Notes under the pieces: generated by a model
Seen by the model: the letters and a program-made list of their open reading frames with translations, nothing else
Databases searched by the model: none
What the model was told of the DNA's origin: nothing
Assembly (NCBI GenBank): GCA_965602015.1
Contig: OZ271918.1
Coordinates: 1,408,001-1,472,000 of the forward strand
From: Salinispira sp.
GTDB lineage: Bacteria; Spirochaetota; Spirochaetia; DSM-27196; Salinispiraceae
Reading direction: 5' to 3'
DNA length: 64,000 nt
Translations under genes and position numbers: made by a program
Shown: in pieces, positions 29,445-40,565 of the stretch
Layout: the number at the start of each line of letters is the position of its first letter
Numbering within the stretch: position 1 is the first letter of the stretch

Positions 29445-30532
29445 TACTCACTGCTCCGAATTCTTCTCATTGAGCTGCCCTGTATACGGATTTCATCATC
29501 ACGGGTAGAGATGCGCCCGATGAGCTCAACGGATTCGCCGCCGGCAAGGCTGACGGGAAAATCAATGCTGACCGGCACCCGGCCTTCGACTACCCTGCCG
29601 CTTTCGAATCCTACCAACAAATCAAAAGAGATGAGATCGTCCTGGATAATGACATTGGCCACCCTCCCCCGCCATCGTATGTACACCCCGTGATGAAGGG
29701 CCGGATCCTCCTCCACTTCCGAGTATTCGAACCCATCGGCAAAATTGGTGAAGTCCGGTGCCGATAGCTGATTTAACAGCAGGGCAATTCTGTCTTTTAC
29801 TTCCAACGGGGCGTTGGACATCAGAATGCGATTACCGCGATATCGAACCAAATTATCCCGATACTGACGGAAATACCGTTCTATTTGCTGCATTTCCCGT
29901 TCAAGTTCCTGATCGCTGAGGATTATTGTTGCGAACCGTGAATAATCACCCTGGCTATAGTCCTCCACGCTAAAGCTGAGAAGCTCCTGCCCCTGGCGGT
30001 ATTCCCCGGGATCGAGGATTTCACGGAGGATAAGGACAGCGCCAAGCGAGAGAATTGAGGTAATGACGATTACCGCAGCGAATCGTTTGATGATCCGGGA
30101 TATCAACCGCGGATGAGGAGGAAGAATAGCGGCGTACTTCTTGTCTTCAATTATTTCCAGCCAATCCTCTTCAGCGAGAAGCTTAGCCATATTCAACGCT
30201 TTTTTTGCCCGTTTATTTTCCGGGTCGACATCCAGCACCTCGAGCCAAAGCCGCAGGGCTTCAGTGGTTTTACGTCTACGGAGCATTACGAGGGCGAGGC
30301 CCAGCATTGCTTCGATATCCTGATTATCCAGGTCTTTTGCACGCTGGAAATAGCTGTACGCGCCGCCGAAGTCGCCGGTATACAGGCAGGAAAAACCGAG
30401 CAGTTTATGAAATCTGGGTTCCTTTCTGTAGAGAAATATCTGCGGGCTGAGAAGCGAGATTACCTGGGAGTACTTTTTTGCTGCGAACAGGATCCCGGCT
30501 TCCTGCACATCGCTTTTCCGCTTCGGCTTCAT
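29444..30532 (-). CDS. TPR-containing bitopic membrane protein with putative C-terminal OB-like domain
   Basis: N-terminal TPRs, central TM (AAVIVITSILSLGAVLIL), beta-rich C-terminus (WRGRVAN...FDLLVG). Confidence 0.65.
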   Translation of the reverse strand: MKPKRKSDVQEAGILFAAKKYSQVISLLSPQIFLYRKEPRFHKLLGFSCLYTGDFGGAYSYFQRAKDLDNQDIEAMLGLALVMLRRRKTTEALRLWLEVLDVDPENKRAKKALNMAKLLAEEDWLEIIEDKKYAAILPPHPRLISRIIKRFAAVIVITSILSLGAVLILREILDPGEYRQGQELLSFSVEDYSQGDYSRFATIILSDQELEREMQQIERYFRQYRDNLVRYRGNRILMSNAPLEVKDRIALLLNQLSAPDFTNFADGFEYSEVEEDPALHHGVYIRWRGRVANVIIQDDLISFDLLVGFESGRVVEGRVPVSIDFPVSLAGGESVELIGRISTRDDEIRIQGSSMRRIRSSE

Positions 30533-30543
30533 CTAAGTGCCCG

Positions 30544-31653
30544 CTAGTCCGGAATGTTGTTCTGAACAGTCTCCAATATGCTTTCTAGAGCCTGTACCTC
30601 AGAGCGGCTGAGTGTTGACCGGGACCTGAGAAGCGCATCTATCTGATCGATCAGCGCGTTGAGCGTGTCGATTTCCTGCAGATACGGAGCAATGATTCGG
30701 ATTTCATCGGGGGATAGGCCGCTGCTGGCTTCCGGTTCATCTTCTTCAATAGTATCTTCGACTATTGCTATTTCGACTGCTCTTTGGGCTTCTCCGTCAA
30801 TTACCCGTGCTGTTCCATTGGCCAATGCGAGCTGCACCGACGGGATTTCCGAGGGGTCATCGATAAAACTTACATAGAGACGATAGCGGATTTCATCCTG
30901 GGGCCCCAAAACTTCGGGGCCATAATACATTGCTAAGGCGCTGTCATTAATACTGAAGGGCAGAAGATTGAAGTTTCTGTTTTCCTGAGTTTCATAATCC
31001 CAGCTGGCCTCGCTTAATCGTTTCCAGTTCGCGCTGAGGGCCGTACGGGGTGCTGTGGCACCGGAGCCCGCCAGGGTCAGCAGCAGCCCGTAATCGCCAT
31101 TATAGCTGAGAATCCAGGATTCGCTGCTGTTTGGTGAAAACTGGTACTCCCGGGTAATCGACGGATTGCGGGAGGTGGAGAAATGTCCCGGTCTTTGCTC
31201 CCCCAATGTAGTATCGAGTATCATGCGCAGTTCCGCCTGCGCCTGAGGCGTATCAATATTAACCAGGCTAAGATCGACGGCAATTCCGGCTATGCTGCCG
31301 TTGGGCCCTTCGATGAAGGAAAAGCGCTGCTGATGTCGAAGGTTTTCAATTGAGTATTGGGTTATGATTGAATCCTGAAATTCCTGAACGCTGACTACGA
31401 AGTCCTTATCGTCGGTGAATCTGATTACTGCATCGCCGTAACGCATCGAAACCGAACTGGTTCGGGGATTTTCGGTAAAGAACAACGGCAAGCGCCGGCC
31501 ATCCCGCTGGTATTCTACGGCGAAATGTCCGCTCTGATCTCCGATTGTGAGGATGTAGTTATCAACTTCAATTTCAATTGCACCGGCTGTGCCGATGCTT
31601 ACGAGCAGACTGATGCTAAAAACCAGAAATGTCCTGCAATAACCTAATCTCAT
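30544..31653 (-). CDS. Hypothetical exported protein (beta-rich domain, helical C-terminus)
   Basis: Signal-peptide-like segment ending AGA. The start at 31653 (4 nt after the upstream stop) is preferred over 31701. Confidence 0.6.
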   Translation of the reverse strand: MRLGYCRTFLVFSISLLVSIGTAGAIEIEVDNYILTIGDQSGHFAVEYQRDGRRLPLFFTENPRTSSVSMRYGDAVIRFTDDKDFVVSVQEFQDSIITQYSIENLRHQQRFSFIEGPNGSIAGIAVDLSLVNIDTPQAQAELRMILDTTLGEQRPGHFSTSRNPSITREYQFSPNSSESWILSYNGDYGLLLTLAGSGATAPRTALSANWKRLSEASWDYETQENRNFNLLPFSINDSALAMYYGPEVLGPQDEIRYRLYVSFIDDPSEIPSVQLALANGTARVIDGEAQRAVEIAIVEDTIEEDEPEASSGLSPDEIRIIAPYLQEIDTLNALIDQIDALLRSRSTLSRSEVQALESILETVQNNIPD

Positions 31654-31657
31654 ATAA

Positions 31658-32671
31658 TCAGTTGCCCTGTCCGTTTTGAAAGTCCTGTACCAGGACTTCA
31701 AGTTCTGAAATCAGCCCTTCCTTTAATGCCAGGCTGCGCTCCTTCAAACGCAATAATTCTAAACGCAGGGCAAAGTCAGGATCGCTGGAGGCTACAACGA
31801 CGCGTTGCGGCGAACCGCCGGCGGAAGCCGATTGGCTTCGGTTCTCCAGATTTCTGATCTGATTTTCCATACGACGTATGGTGTTGCTGTATTCATCGAT
31901 TTGCTGCTCAAGGCTATCATTGAGCGCTTCGAGGTCCTGAACCTGGGACAGCAAGCCGTCAATCTCTTCCCTGAACGCACCGTCGGATAAATTCGCCAGC
32001 CGATTCTGATAGGAATCTATGGCTTCCTGATATTCCCGTTCTTTTTGCCTGAATTCCTCAATGGTCTTGATGGATTCTTCCTGAGTCCATTGCAGGAGTC
32101 TCAGCAACTCCCGCTCCCGTCGGCTCATGCCGATTACGGCAATCCGGTACCTGCTCGCCTCGACCCGGAAACTTGTGGGGAATTCTTCAATTACCGCGTT
32201 GAACATTTTCTCCGCATCCTCAAGCTGTCCGAGATTGAACAGGGCTTCTCCTGTCCAGTAATAGGCGTTCGCCACAAACGGGCTGTTGGGATACTCCTCA
32301 ATGAAATTCCCAAAAGACTGAATTGAGGATTCCCAGTCAGCGCTCAAGAACAGTATGCGCCCTCTCAGGTACAGCCCCTCTGGGTAGTTTTTGTTGTCGG
32401 GAAAATTGGCGAGGAAGAACTCGAGATTTCGCTCGGCATCGCTTACGCGGTCCTGGGCAATCAACACCTTGGCAATCCAGAAATATGCATCTGCCCTAAA
32501 TGAGGCAAATTGGGGATCGAGCAGCAGTTGCCTGAACTCCGAAAGGGAGCGGTTGTATCGCCCCGCCTGATACTCCTCAATTGCCGAGGAAAACACCGCT
32601 TCGCCGCTTTGCGCCCAGACGGACCCGAGTATGCCGATCATCACTATAAGTATTCCAAGTCGTTTAAACAC
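31658..32671 (-). CDS. Periplasmic TPR plus coiled-coil protein (CpoB/YbgF or BamD-like)
   Basis: Signal peptide, TPRs (AYFWIA, YPNSPFVANAYYWTGE), C-terminal coiled coil. Confidence 0.7.
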   Translation of the reverse strand: MFKRLGILIVMIGILGSVWAQSGEAVFSSAIEEYQAGRYNRSLSEFRQLLLDPQFASFRADAYFWIAKVLIAQDRVSDAERNLEFFLANFPDNKNYPEGLYLRGRILFLSADWESSIQSFGNFIEEYPNSPFVANAYYWTGEALFNLGQLEDAEKMFNAVIEEFPTSFRVEASRYRIAVIGMSRRERELLRLLQWTQEESIKTIEEFRQKEREYQEAIDSYQNRLANLSDGAFREEIDGLLSQVQDLEALNDSLEQQIDEYSNTIRRMENQIRNLENRSQSASAGGSPQRVVVASSDPDFALRLELLRLKERSLALKEGLISELEVLVQDFQNGQGN

Positions 32672-32716
32672 TGCTTATACCCTCTATTATAAAATCGGCA
32701 TTTCTCTCTATTTATA

Positions 32717-33385
32717 TTATACAATTTTCTGGCCGCGCATGGCCGATACAAATCCGGATTTGTCCCGCGCAGAGAAAAAAGCGCTTCCGCTTACCATAGC
32801 GTCTGCCCCTGCCTGACGAACCGCTGCGGAGGTCTCCAAATTCACTCCTCCATCCACATTAATCACAAAGTCATAGCCGTTCTCTTCTCGGAGTCGCATG
32901 AGTTCCCGTATTTTTTCTATGGCTTCCGGTATGATTTTTTGACCTCCGAATCCCGGGTTGACTGTCATAACCAATACCTGGTCAACATGAGCAAGAATTT
33001 CCGTGCAAAGACTGACGGGAGTTGAAGGGACAAGGGAAATCCCCGGCCGCGCGCCCAGATCCCTGATGCGCTGAACAAGCCGATGGGCGTGAACCACTGC
33101 CTCGATATGAAACACCAGGTAGTCGGCCCCGGCGGAAATAAAGTTCTCAGCGAGCAGCTCCGGTTTCTCAATCATCAGATGCACATCAAAGGGAAGTCTT
33201 GTCAGAGGACGGAGATCCGAAACCATTTTTGGACCAAAGGTGAGGTTCGGTACGAAGTGACCATCCATCACGTCCAAATGCACCCAATCTGCACCTGAAT
33301 CTTCAATTTCCTTCAGAGCGCTTTTTAGGTCGCTGAAGTCGGCGGATAGAATGGACGGGGCGATGCGGACGGCAGGATAGCTCAT
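32717..33385 (-). CDS. rpe: Ribulose-phosphate 3-epimerase
   Basis: APSILSADF, HLDVMDGHFVPNLTFG, DVHLM, MTVNPGFGGQ, VDGG. Confidence 0.98.
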   Translation of the reverse strand: MSYPAVRIAPSILSADFSDLKSALKEIEDSGADWVHLDVMDGHFVPNLTFGPKMVSDLRPLTRLPFDVHLMIEKPELLAENFISAGADYLVFHIEAVVHAHRLVQRIRDLGARPGISLVPSTPVSLCTEILAHVDQVLVMTVNPGFGGQKIIPEAIEKIRELMRLREENGYDFVINVDGGVNLETSAAVRQAGADAMVSGSAFFSARDKSGFVSAMRGQKIV

Positions 33386-33433
33386 ATACTATATTTACCA
33401 AAAATACTAATTACTGCATAGTAAGGTTACGGC

Positions 33434-34372
33434 ATGTTACGCAAACGACGGGAGTTCCACACAGATATCGAACAGCTCATCTCCGAATCGGCTTCATATA
33501 TCGCTGAGGGTCGGCTGAAAGACGCGTATGAGTGTCTGGACAGAGCCCTCGGCCTCGATTTCGATCATCATGCAGTGCTTGCGGGGTTAAAATATATCAA
33601 TTTTTGGCAGAGCAGAATTCAGTCGGCGATAAACCGGGTTGAACGGATGGATCAGGCTGAGGCTTTGCTTCATCACTGGAAGGAATTTACGGGTTTTATG
33701 CAGGGATTCCCGGTGAGCGATATGCTGGTGCAGAGCTTCCGAAGTTTGATTTTCAGCAGAGTTCATGAGCTCTTTTCCGGTCTCGAACATGGAGAAAGTG
33801 ATCCGGATATCCTTTTGTGGCTGGGCATTGCAAGCAAGGGAATGGGGAACTACGAGCAGGCCCAAAAATACCTTGAAGATGCCATGCGTCTGGGGCAGCC
33901 CCGAGCCCGGTTGCTCGCCGAATTAGCCGATATATTCGCGCTCATCGGCGAGGAGCAAAAAGCTCGGGTAATGTTTCGGGAGGCCTTTTTTCAGAACCCT
34001 CAGGATGTGGATATTGAGGGGTTCGAGGCGGAGCTTTTTGTCCGGCTTTGTGATGAAGTATGGGCTCTGGGAATGAGCTCTGATGAAAGCCGGGAGTGGA
34101 TACCGGTTTATGGGACCCTCTGGGGAGTCCTCACCATAAAACGGGAACTGAGGGCTTTGGAATACGGGAAGCTCCGGCAGAAAATTTTTTCTCTCGAGCA
34201 GGAAGTAAAAGACGAGGAGCGCAGACCCGTACTGCTTCCCCGGCTTCTAAACCAGTATTTTTGGCTTATTGATCACCTGGTGATGAATCGGGAGGATCAG
34301 CGAAAAATTGACGAAATCCTGCTGAAAATCCGCAGCCTCTCTCCTGAAGTTTACAAGCGGTATACAAACTAA
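33434..34372 (+). CDS. TPR-like hypothetical protein upstream of greA
   Basis: 312-aa helical ORF with TPR-like segments (LGIASKGMGNYEQA, LAELADIFALIGE). Confidence 0.7.
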   Translation: MLRKRREFHTDIEQLISESASYIAEGRLKDAYECLDRALGLDFDHHAVLAGLKYINFWQSRIQSAINRVERMDQAEALLHHWKEFTGFMQGFPVSDMLVQSFRSLIFSRVHELFSGLEHGESDPDILLWLGIASKGMGNYEQAQKYLEDAMRLGQPRARLLAELADIFALIGEEQKARVMFREAFFQNPQDVDIEGFEAELFVRLCDEVWALGMSSDESREWIPVYGTLWGVLTIKRELRALEYGKLRQKIFSLEQEVKDEERRPVLLPRLLNQYFWLIDHLVMNREDQRKIDEILLKIRSLSPEVYKRYTN

Positions 34373-34486
34373 TCACTGTCCGATATAATGAACAGCAATA
34401 TCTCATGCGAAATTCACCATAAACGCACGATGTACAATGGTAACGCAATCACCTCATTGCTGGTTGTAATCAGGAGCTCATAGCCA

Positions 34487-37228
34487 ATGTCTGAAAAGAT
34501 TCTCAACAAAATTACTGAACAGCTTAACGAAGAAAAATGGACCCGGGCGGCCCTTTCCAATTACACGGTAAATAATTACGTGGAACTCGACAATTTGCTC
34601 GAAGAAGTTTTCGATGCTGATCTTGAAGATGAAGTCATGGAGCTCTGTGAAGAGCACCTCGGCCATTCAAAAAACAGCATTATTGCCCTGTACCTTTCGG
34701 GCATTATCAGCCTCAACCGTCAGTCCATCGACGATTCGAATTTACTGCTGCTTATAAATATCTTTACGGAAAATCACCGCTGGAACATCGTCAAACATCT
34801 CAGCAACCGTATTCTTGATTTTGGTGAAAACCGCCATGCCCTTCGCACTTTGGCAGACTGTTACGAGAACGAGGGCGCGGAAGAAAAACTGTATGAGACC
34901 TGGGAACGGCTTATCCGGGTCGATTACGAAGAGGCGGATATTGTTCGGAAATTGGCCGAGCATCACGAAGCCAATGGTCAGCAGGATTCGGCGGTCAGTC
35001 ATTACAAAAAAGCCCTCTACCGCTACATCAACCGTAAGCTCTTTAACCAGCTGCATGAGATCTGGGGCCGGCTGATAGCCCTGGTACCCGAAGAGACGGA
35101 ATTTTTCTACCACGCCGAAGGCCGGGTCGCCAAACTGCTCAATGAAGACCGGTCAGTACAGCTCCTTGAAGAGCTGTATCCCCACTTCCGCGAAAACAAG
35201 AAGTGGAACACGGCAATAGAAATCCTCAAGCGGATTCTCAGTTACGACGCAAAGAATCCCTGGGCCCGGAAGGAAATTACCGATTGTTTTCGGGAAAAAC
35301 ACAATGGGCATAGCCAGCTGGAGGAGTACATCAAGCTCTCCAACCTCGGCCAGAATTGGCGAAATGTACATGATGCCATTGAGGACTTCGAAAAGCACAT
35401 TGCATTCGACTCGGGCAACTTTGTGTATCATCGCAGCTGGGGCGTCGGTCGAATCAAAGCCATCAAGGGCGATGACATAGTCATAAATTTCATGAAAAAA
35501 CAGAATCACGTCATGTCGCTGAAGATGGCGGTGAGCAGCCTCAAGATCCTCGGAAAAGATCACATCTGGGTATATCGGATTACCAAAAAGAAAGAGGCGC
35601 TCAATAAAAAGGTAAAGAAGGATCCCCTGTGGGCTTTGAAGGTAATCATCAAGAGCTTTGACAACGCCGCAGACATGAAGAAGATTAAGGCCGAACTGGT
35701 CCCGGGAATACTCAGCGCAAGCGAGTGGACGAGCTGGAGTTCCAAGGCCCGGGACATGCTAAAAACCGACGAGTCATTCGGCAATTTGCCGGATAATCCC
35801 GATACCTATGTCGTTCGGGATCAGCCCATCAGCCTTGAAGAGAAGACCTATAACCGATTCAAGGCTGAGAAAAACTTCTTCGATCGGGTAAAAATACTCC
35901 AGGAATTTTTGGCATACGTCGAAGAGGAAGACGACACTTCGTCTATCGAAAGCGACCTGTTCCGCGATATGTTTGATTACTTCGTTTCCTACGTGCGAAA
36001 CCCCGGAACGTATAATGAGTTCACCATCTCATCTCTACTGATAGTTCGGCAGATTATCGAGAGTTTTTCCTTTTTGAATCCCGGAGTAAATCTCGGTTTC
36101 AGGGATTATTTTGCTCATCTCGAATCCTTTGAAGAAACCTTCAAAAGCGTAGAAAACAATGAACTGCGAAAGACCTTTCTCAACTCAGTGCGAAAACAGA
36201 TTAAAAACTGGCCCGATATCTTTATAACGATCCTTCCCTATCATCTGCAGAAAGAAGTTATCAGAGATCTGATTGCCGAAGGTTATCAGGATCTTGTGGT
36301 CGGGAAATTTCAGGAACTCTACGATTCCTACCGGGATAATCGGGAGCCATATATTTGGTTCGTGAGAAACTGTTGGGAGGACCAGTGGTTCTCCGAAACC
36401 GGTTTCCCCCGGGAAAAACTCCTGATTTCAATGGTTCACCTATTGGATCTCACCGCCAGGGACATCGATAACAAACGCGATGTGAGCCTGAACCGCAAAC
36501 TCACCAAGCAGGTGCATAATTTTCTCATCAAGGATGAGGAAATCTTCAACTACATCGGCCAGAGTGATGAAGACGGCATCCATCGAATTTACTCTTTGCT
36601 CGAAGACGTGAAAGATCTTGATCCGGGCATAATGGCAACGATTCGAAAGGCAATCGCCGCCCGCTTCCCCCGCTTTGAGTTCTACGGCAAAAGCGGCGGT
36701 GTTCTGGAGACGGTTTCCCGTAGCGGCTTCTTTGCAATGATGAAAAGCTATGAGGACCGGCAAAAGGCGCTTAAAAATCTTCACGAAGTCGAAGTGCCCA
36801 AGAACTCCAAAGAAATCGCAGCTGCCCGGGAGTACGGTGACCTCAAGGAGAATGCCGAGTACAAGGCCGCAAAAGAACGGCAGGATATTCTCAATACGAC
36901 GGCGAGAAAGTGGGAAGCAGATCTGCAAAGCGCTCAGGTAGTGAACCAGAAAGATGTTAAGGGAGACCGCGTTGCCTTCGGCACCGTGGTGACTCTGAAA
37001 AATACCGGAAACGGGAAAAACGAGACGTTTACCATCATGGGCCCATGGGAGTCGAATCCCGACAAGGGCGTCCTGAGTCATTTGTCCCCGTTTGCCGTGA
37101 AGCTATTGGGTGCAAAACCCGGCGACTCACTGAACTTCAGCATCAATCAGCGGGAATACAATTATAGCGTTGAGTCGGTTGAAGTTGCGGATTTTTCCGC
37201 CATTGAAGTCACGGCGGTAAGCGTGTAA
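34487..37228 (+). CDS. greA: Transcription elongation factor GreA with long N-terminal extension (spirochaete type)
   Basis: C-terminal AREYGDLKENAEYKAAKE, V.FGT.V, IMGPWES...S..SP. About 740 aa of N-terminal helical region. Confidence 0.92.
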   Translation: MSEKILNKITEQLNEEKWTRAALSNYTVNNYVELDNLLEEVFDADLEDEVMELCEEHLGHSKNSIIALYLSGIISLNRQSIDDSNLLLLINIFTENHRWNIVKHLSNRILDFGENRHALRTLADCYENEGAEEKLYETWERLIRVDYEEADIVRKLAEHHEANGQQDSAVSHYKKALYRYINRKLFNQLHEIWGRLIALVPEETEFFYHAEGRVAKLLNEDRSVQLLEELYPHFRENKKWNTAIEILKRILSYDAKNPWARKEITDCFREKHNGHSQLEEYIKLSNLGQNWRNVHDAIEDFEKHIAFDSGNFVYHRSWGVGRIKAIKGDDIVINFMKKQNHVMSLKMAVSSLKILGKDHIWVYRITKKKEALNKKVKKDPLWALKVIIKSFDNAADMKKIKAELVPGILSASEWTSWSSKARDMLKTDESFGNLPDNPDTYVVRDQPISLEEKTYNRFKAEKNFFDRVKILQEFLAYVEEEDDTSSIESDLFRDMFDYFVSYVRNPGTYNEFTISSLLIVRQIIESFSFLNPGVNLGFRDYFAHLESFEETFKSVENNELRKTFLNSVRKQIKNWPDIFITILPYHLQKEVIRDLIAEGYQDLVVGKFQELYDSYRDNREPYIWFVRNCWEDQWFSETGFPREKLLISMVHLLDLTARDIDNKRDVSLNRKLTKQVHNFLIKDEEIFNYIGQSDEDGIHRIYSLLEDVKDLDPGIMATIRKAIAARFPRFEFYGKSGGVLETVSRSGFFAMMKSYEDRQKALKNLHEVEVPKNSKEIAAAREYGDLKENAEYKAAKERQDILNTTARKWEADLQSAQVVNQKDVKGDRVAFGTVVTLKNTGNGKNETFTIMGPWESNPDKGVLSHLSPFAVKLLGAKPGDSLNFSINQREYNYSVESVEVADFSAIEVTAVSV

Positions 37229-37249
37229 GACGGGGTTACGCGTTGACGT

Positions 37250-37292
37250 AAAAAAGGGGCTGTCCACAATACTGTGACAGCCCCCTTTTTTT
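37250..37292. terminator. Bidirectional intrinsic terminator between convergent greA and typA
   Basis: A6-GGGGCTGTC(c)ACA...TGTGACAGCCCC-T7. Confidence 0.85.
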
Positions 37293-37316
37293 ATCCTGAT
37301 ACTATGGCAAACCGCT

Positions 37317-39149
37317 TCAGGACCATTTATTCCGCTTCGCCGCGATGCGCCGCTCACCTGCTGATAGCTGCGCCTTCCTCAAACGAAGAGATTTCGGGGT
37401 CACTTCGAGTAGCTCATCGGCATCGAGATAGTTGAGGCACTGTTCGAGGGTAAGCGGCACCACCGGGGTGAGGACCACATTCTCGTCTCTTCCCGATGCC
37501 CTGACATTGGTCAGTTTCTTTTCCTTGGCGGGATTTACGTCGAGATCCCCCTCCCTGTTGTGCTCACCGATTATCATCCCTTCATAAATCCGGGTTTTGG
37601 GAACGATATGCAGCCTGCCCCGGGGTTCCAGATTGTACAGGGCGTAGGGAACCGCCTCGCCCGTCCTGTCCGATACCAGGCTTCCGTTGCGCCGGCCGGG
37701 GATATCTCCCCGGTATTCGAAGTACCCTTCGAGACTGGAGTTCATAATGCCCGTGCCCTTGGTGTCGGTCAGGAATTCATCGCGGTACCCGATAAGCGCC
37801 CGGCTCGGAGCGGAAAACTCAACCCTGACCCGACCGCTGCCGTGATTTGACATGTTAATCATCCGGCATTTCTTCCTCGAGAGTTTTTCGGTGACCGCAC
37901 CGAGAAACTCTTCCTGGCAATCGATAAAAAGATGTTCAATGGGCTCGGTTTTCCGCCCCTTGTCATCAATGCGGAATATTACCTCGGGTCTTCCCACGCA
38001 AAACTCAAATCCTTCCCGTCGCATGGTTTCAATAAGGATTGCAAGCTGGAATTCACCCCGGCCTTTTACGATGAAGCCTTCCTTGTCCTCGGTTTCTTCT
38101 ACCTGGAGGGAGACATTCCTCAAGGCTTCCTTATGAAGTCGTTCGCCGATCTTTGTCGGCTGGACGAGTTTGCCCTCTTGGCCAGAAAACGGACCGGTGT
38201 TTTTGAGAAAGCGCATGCTCACCGTCGGTTCATCGACGCTGATTCGCGGCAGGGCCAGGGGCTCGTCTTTGCGGCAAATGGTATCGCCGATGCGCACTTC
38301 CTCGATTCCCGAAATAACAACAATTTCACCGGGTTCGGCGGTCTCTAAATCGGCCATACCGACGCCCTGATACACTTGCAGGCGATTGACCCTCAAGGGC
38401 CTGGGTTTTCCGTCGCTTCCCAGGCATACCAGGGACTCCCCGGCTTTCATGCTGCCGTTTTGAATTTTTCCCACGCAAAGCCGCCCGAGAAACTCATCGT
38501 AACTCAGGTCTGAGACCAGCATCTGCAGTGGCTTTTCTTCGTCGTAACGCGGCCCGGGAAAACTGTCCACGATTTCATTGAGAAGGAGCTCGAGTCCTCC
38601 GTCCGGGTCGTCCAGCTTCCGTTTGGCGATGCCGTCGCGGCCGACAGCGTAAAACACTGGAAAATCAAGCTGATCTTCATGGGCATCCAGATCGATCAAC
38701 AAGCTGTAAATTTCGTCGAGAACTTCTTCGGGCCGGGCATCCTGCCGGTCAATTTTGTTGATAACCGTAATAAGGGGAAGACCCATATCGAGGGCTTTCT
38801 TTAACACAAATCGGGTCTGGGGCAATGGTCCTTCGGAAGCGTCGACCAGCAGCACCGCACCATTCACCATGCTTAATGCCCGCTCAACCTCACCGCCGAA
38901 ATCCGCGTGTCCCGGGGTATCGAGGATGTTAATTTTTACAGTGTTCCAGTTCACTGCGCAGTTCTTTGCCGAAATGGTTATTCCCCGTTCCCGCTCTAGA
39001 TCCATGCTGTCCATGATCCGATCCTGCTGAACCTGATTGCTGCGGAAAACGCCGGCGCTTTTGAAGAGCGCGTCTACCAGCGTGGTCTTTCCGTGATCAA
39101 CGTGGGCGATGATTGCCACGTTCCGTATTTGAGCATTAATTCCCGTCAT
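37317..39149 (-). CDS. typA: Translational GTPase TypA/BipA
   Basis: [66 protein letters not shown]. Confidence 0.97.
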   Translation of the reverse strand: MTGINAQIRNVAIIAHVDHGKTTLVDALFKSAGVFRSNQVQQDRIMDSMDLERERGITISAKNCAVNWNTVKINILDTPGHADFGGEVERALSMVNGAVLLVDASEGPLPQTRFVLKKALDMGLPLITVINKIDRQDARPEEVLDEIYSLLIDLDAHEDQLDFPVFYAVGRDGIAKRKLDDPDGGLELLLNEIVDSFPGPRYDEEKPLQMLVSDLSYDEFLGRLCVGKIQNGSMKAGESLVCLGSDGKPRPLRVNRLQVYQGVGMADLETAEPGEIVVISGIEEVRIGDTICRKDEPLALPRISVDEPTVSMRFLKNTGPFSGQEGKLVQPTKIGERLHKEALRNVSLQVEETEDKEGFIVKGRGEFQLAILIETMRREGFEFCVGRPEVIFRIDDKGRKTEPIEHLFIDCQEEFLGAVTEKLSRKKCRMINMSNHGSGRVRVEFSAPSRALIGYRDEFLTDTKGTGIMNSSLEGYFEYRGDIPGRRNGSLVSDRTGEAVPYALYNLEPRGRLHIVPKTRIYEGMIIGEHNREGDLDVNPAKEKKLTNVRASGRDENVVLTPVVPLTLEQCLNYLDADELLEVTPKSLRLRKAQLSAGERRIAAKRNKWS

Positions 39150-39161
39150 GTTAGTCCCCGT

Positions 39162-40544
39162 TTAGAGTTGCTCCATTGATGTCTGGGCATTTGATTTCAG
39201 CGCCGGATGGCTGTCCTCATTTTCTATAATGGTTTCCAGGTCGGTCCTGTAGGCCGTTAGGCCGTTGCGGCCGATGCCCCGTACGCCATAAATCTGAATT
39301 ATGTAATTTTCGTGATTGAGCATTCTCAGATACAACTGTTCAGCAGAGGGTAATTCTCGAATGCTCAGCTCCTTGCAGATGGTGTCCAGCAAGCGGGAGT
39401 TCTCTTCTTCCCATTCTTCCACCATCACCCGCTCGATAGCCTGTCTGGATGCCTCAAAGTCGCCTTCGATGAGTTCAAGGGCGATTGTTTGCCGGAACGG
39501 CAGGCCAATGTCGCTGTTTTCCATACTCTCCCTGAGAAACTGCCAGGCGTCTTCTTTGTTCAGGGCGGCGAGGGATCGAAGGGCTTGGATTTTGATGTTG
39601 TTTTCCGGATCCTGGCGGGCCATAAAACGAAGGGGTTCGAATGCCTCTTCAAAGGGGTTTTCCGAAATCCCCCGCAAAGCGTTGAGGCGTATCCTCCAGA
39701 ACGAGTCCCGAAGGGCTTCCAGGTAGAGCTCTTTAACTTGATTGATGGGAAAGTTGGTCAATGAGCCAACCGCCGCGCTGCGAATGAGAGGATCGCCGGA
39801 GGAGAACGCCTCGCCGATGACATTCATGGCCCGCCGGTTTCCGTAGTTACCCGCTGCTTCGATTGCCGCGATCCGCTGGGTCTTATCGATGTTCTCATCC
39901 CCGGCGAGGTCGAAAATCAGGTCTTCGCTTGACGGATCCTTGATGCGTCCCAGGGCCCGCAGGATGGTTTCCCTCACCGGCTGATCGGTATCGCTGTCCT
40001 CGTAGAGCTCCGCAAGAAATTCCGCCGCCGGGGCATATTCCCGTTCCCCCAGGAACCTCACCGCCGCTGAGCGAACGTCCCGATCTTCTTCCTCAATAAT
40101 TTCTCTCAAGAGCTGCCAGAGCCCGCGATCAATTTGATGCTCGCGCCGTTGAAGGTGCTGAATCAATCTGATTAAAAAACCCCGGTCCAGGTCCTGGTAA
40201 AATTCCAGTTCATCGAGCACCGTATCGATGGCAGTATCGAGTTCCAGGGCTTCAAAAAAATCAAGGGCCTTAATCCTCAAGCTCTCCCGCCTGCTCGAGA
40301 GCAGGGTGAGAACAACATCGGAGAAGTGATCGTCCTTTCGCTCTATCATTTCGTCAATGGTGGTTATAACGGTAGCATCTATGCCGTATTTTAGACTCTC
40401 TTCCCAGGTTTCATAGATGCTCACACCCTGTTCTGTATCGTCTTCCGCAGTGGCTTCGGAATCCTGGCCCCACAACGGGGTTGTTAGTAAAAACATGATA
40501 AAAAGAAGTATGGACAATAGGGATTTCATGCGCGTAACTCTCAT
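39162..40544 (-). CDS. Exported HEAT-repeat protein
   Basis: Signal peptide followed by HEAT-like repeats (VRSAAVRFLG, IRSAAV, WRIRLNAL). Confidence 0.78.
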   Translation of the reverse strand: MRVTRMKSLLSILLFIMFLLTTPLWGQDSEATAEDDTEQGVSIYETWEESLKYGIDATVITTIDEMIERKDDHFSDVVLTLLSSRRESLRIKALDFFEALELDTAIDTVLDELEFYQDLDRGFLIRLIQHLQRREHQIDRGLWQLLREIIEEEDRDVRSAAVRFLGEREYAPAAEFLAELYEDSDTDQPVRETILRALGRIKDPSSEDLIFDLAGDENIDKTQRIAAIEAAGNYGNRRAMNVIGEAFSSGDPLIRSAAVGSLTNFPINQVKELYLEALRDSFWRIRLNALRGISENPFEEAFEPLRFMARQDPENNIKIQALRSLAALNKEDAWQFLRESMENSDIGLPFRQTIALELIEGDFEASRQAIERVMVEEWEEENSRLLDTICKELSIRELPSAEQLYLRMLNHENYIIQIYGVRGIGRNGLTAYRTDLETIIENEDSHPALKSNAQTSMEQL

Positions 40545-40565
40545 ATGCCTACAATCGTTGTAATT

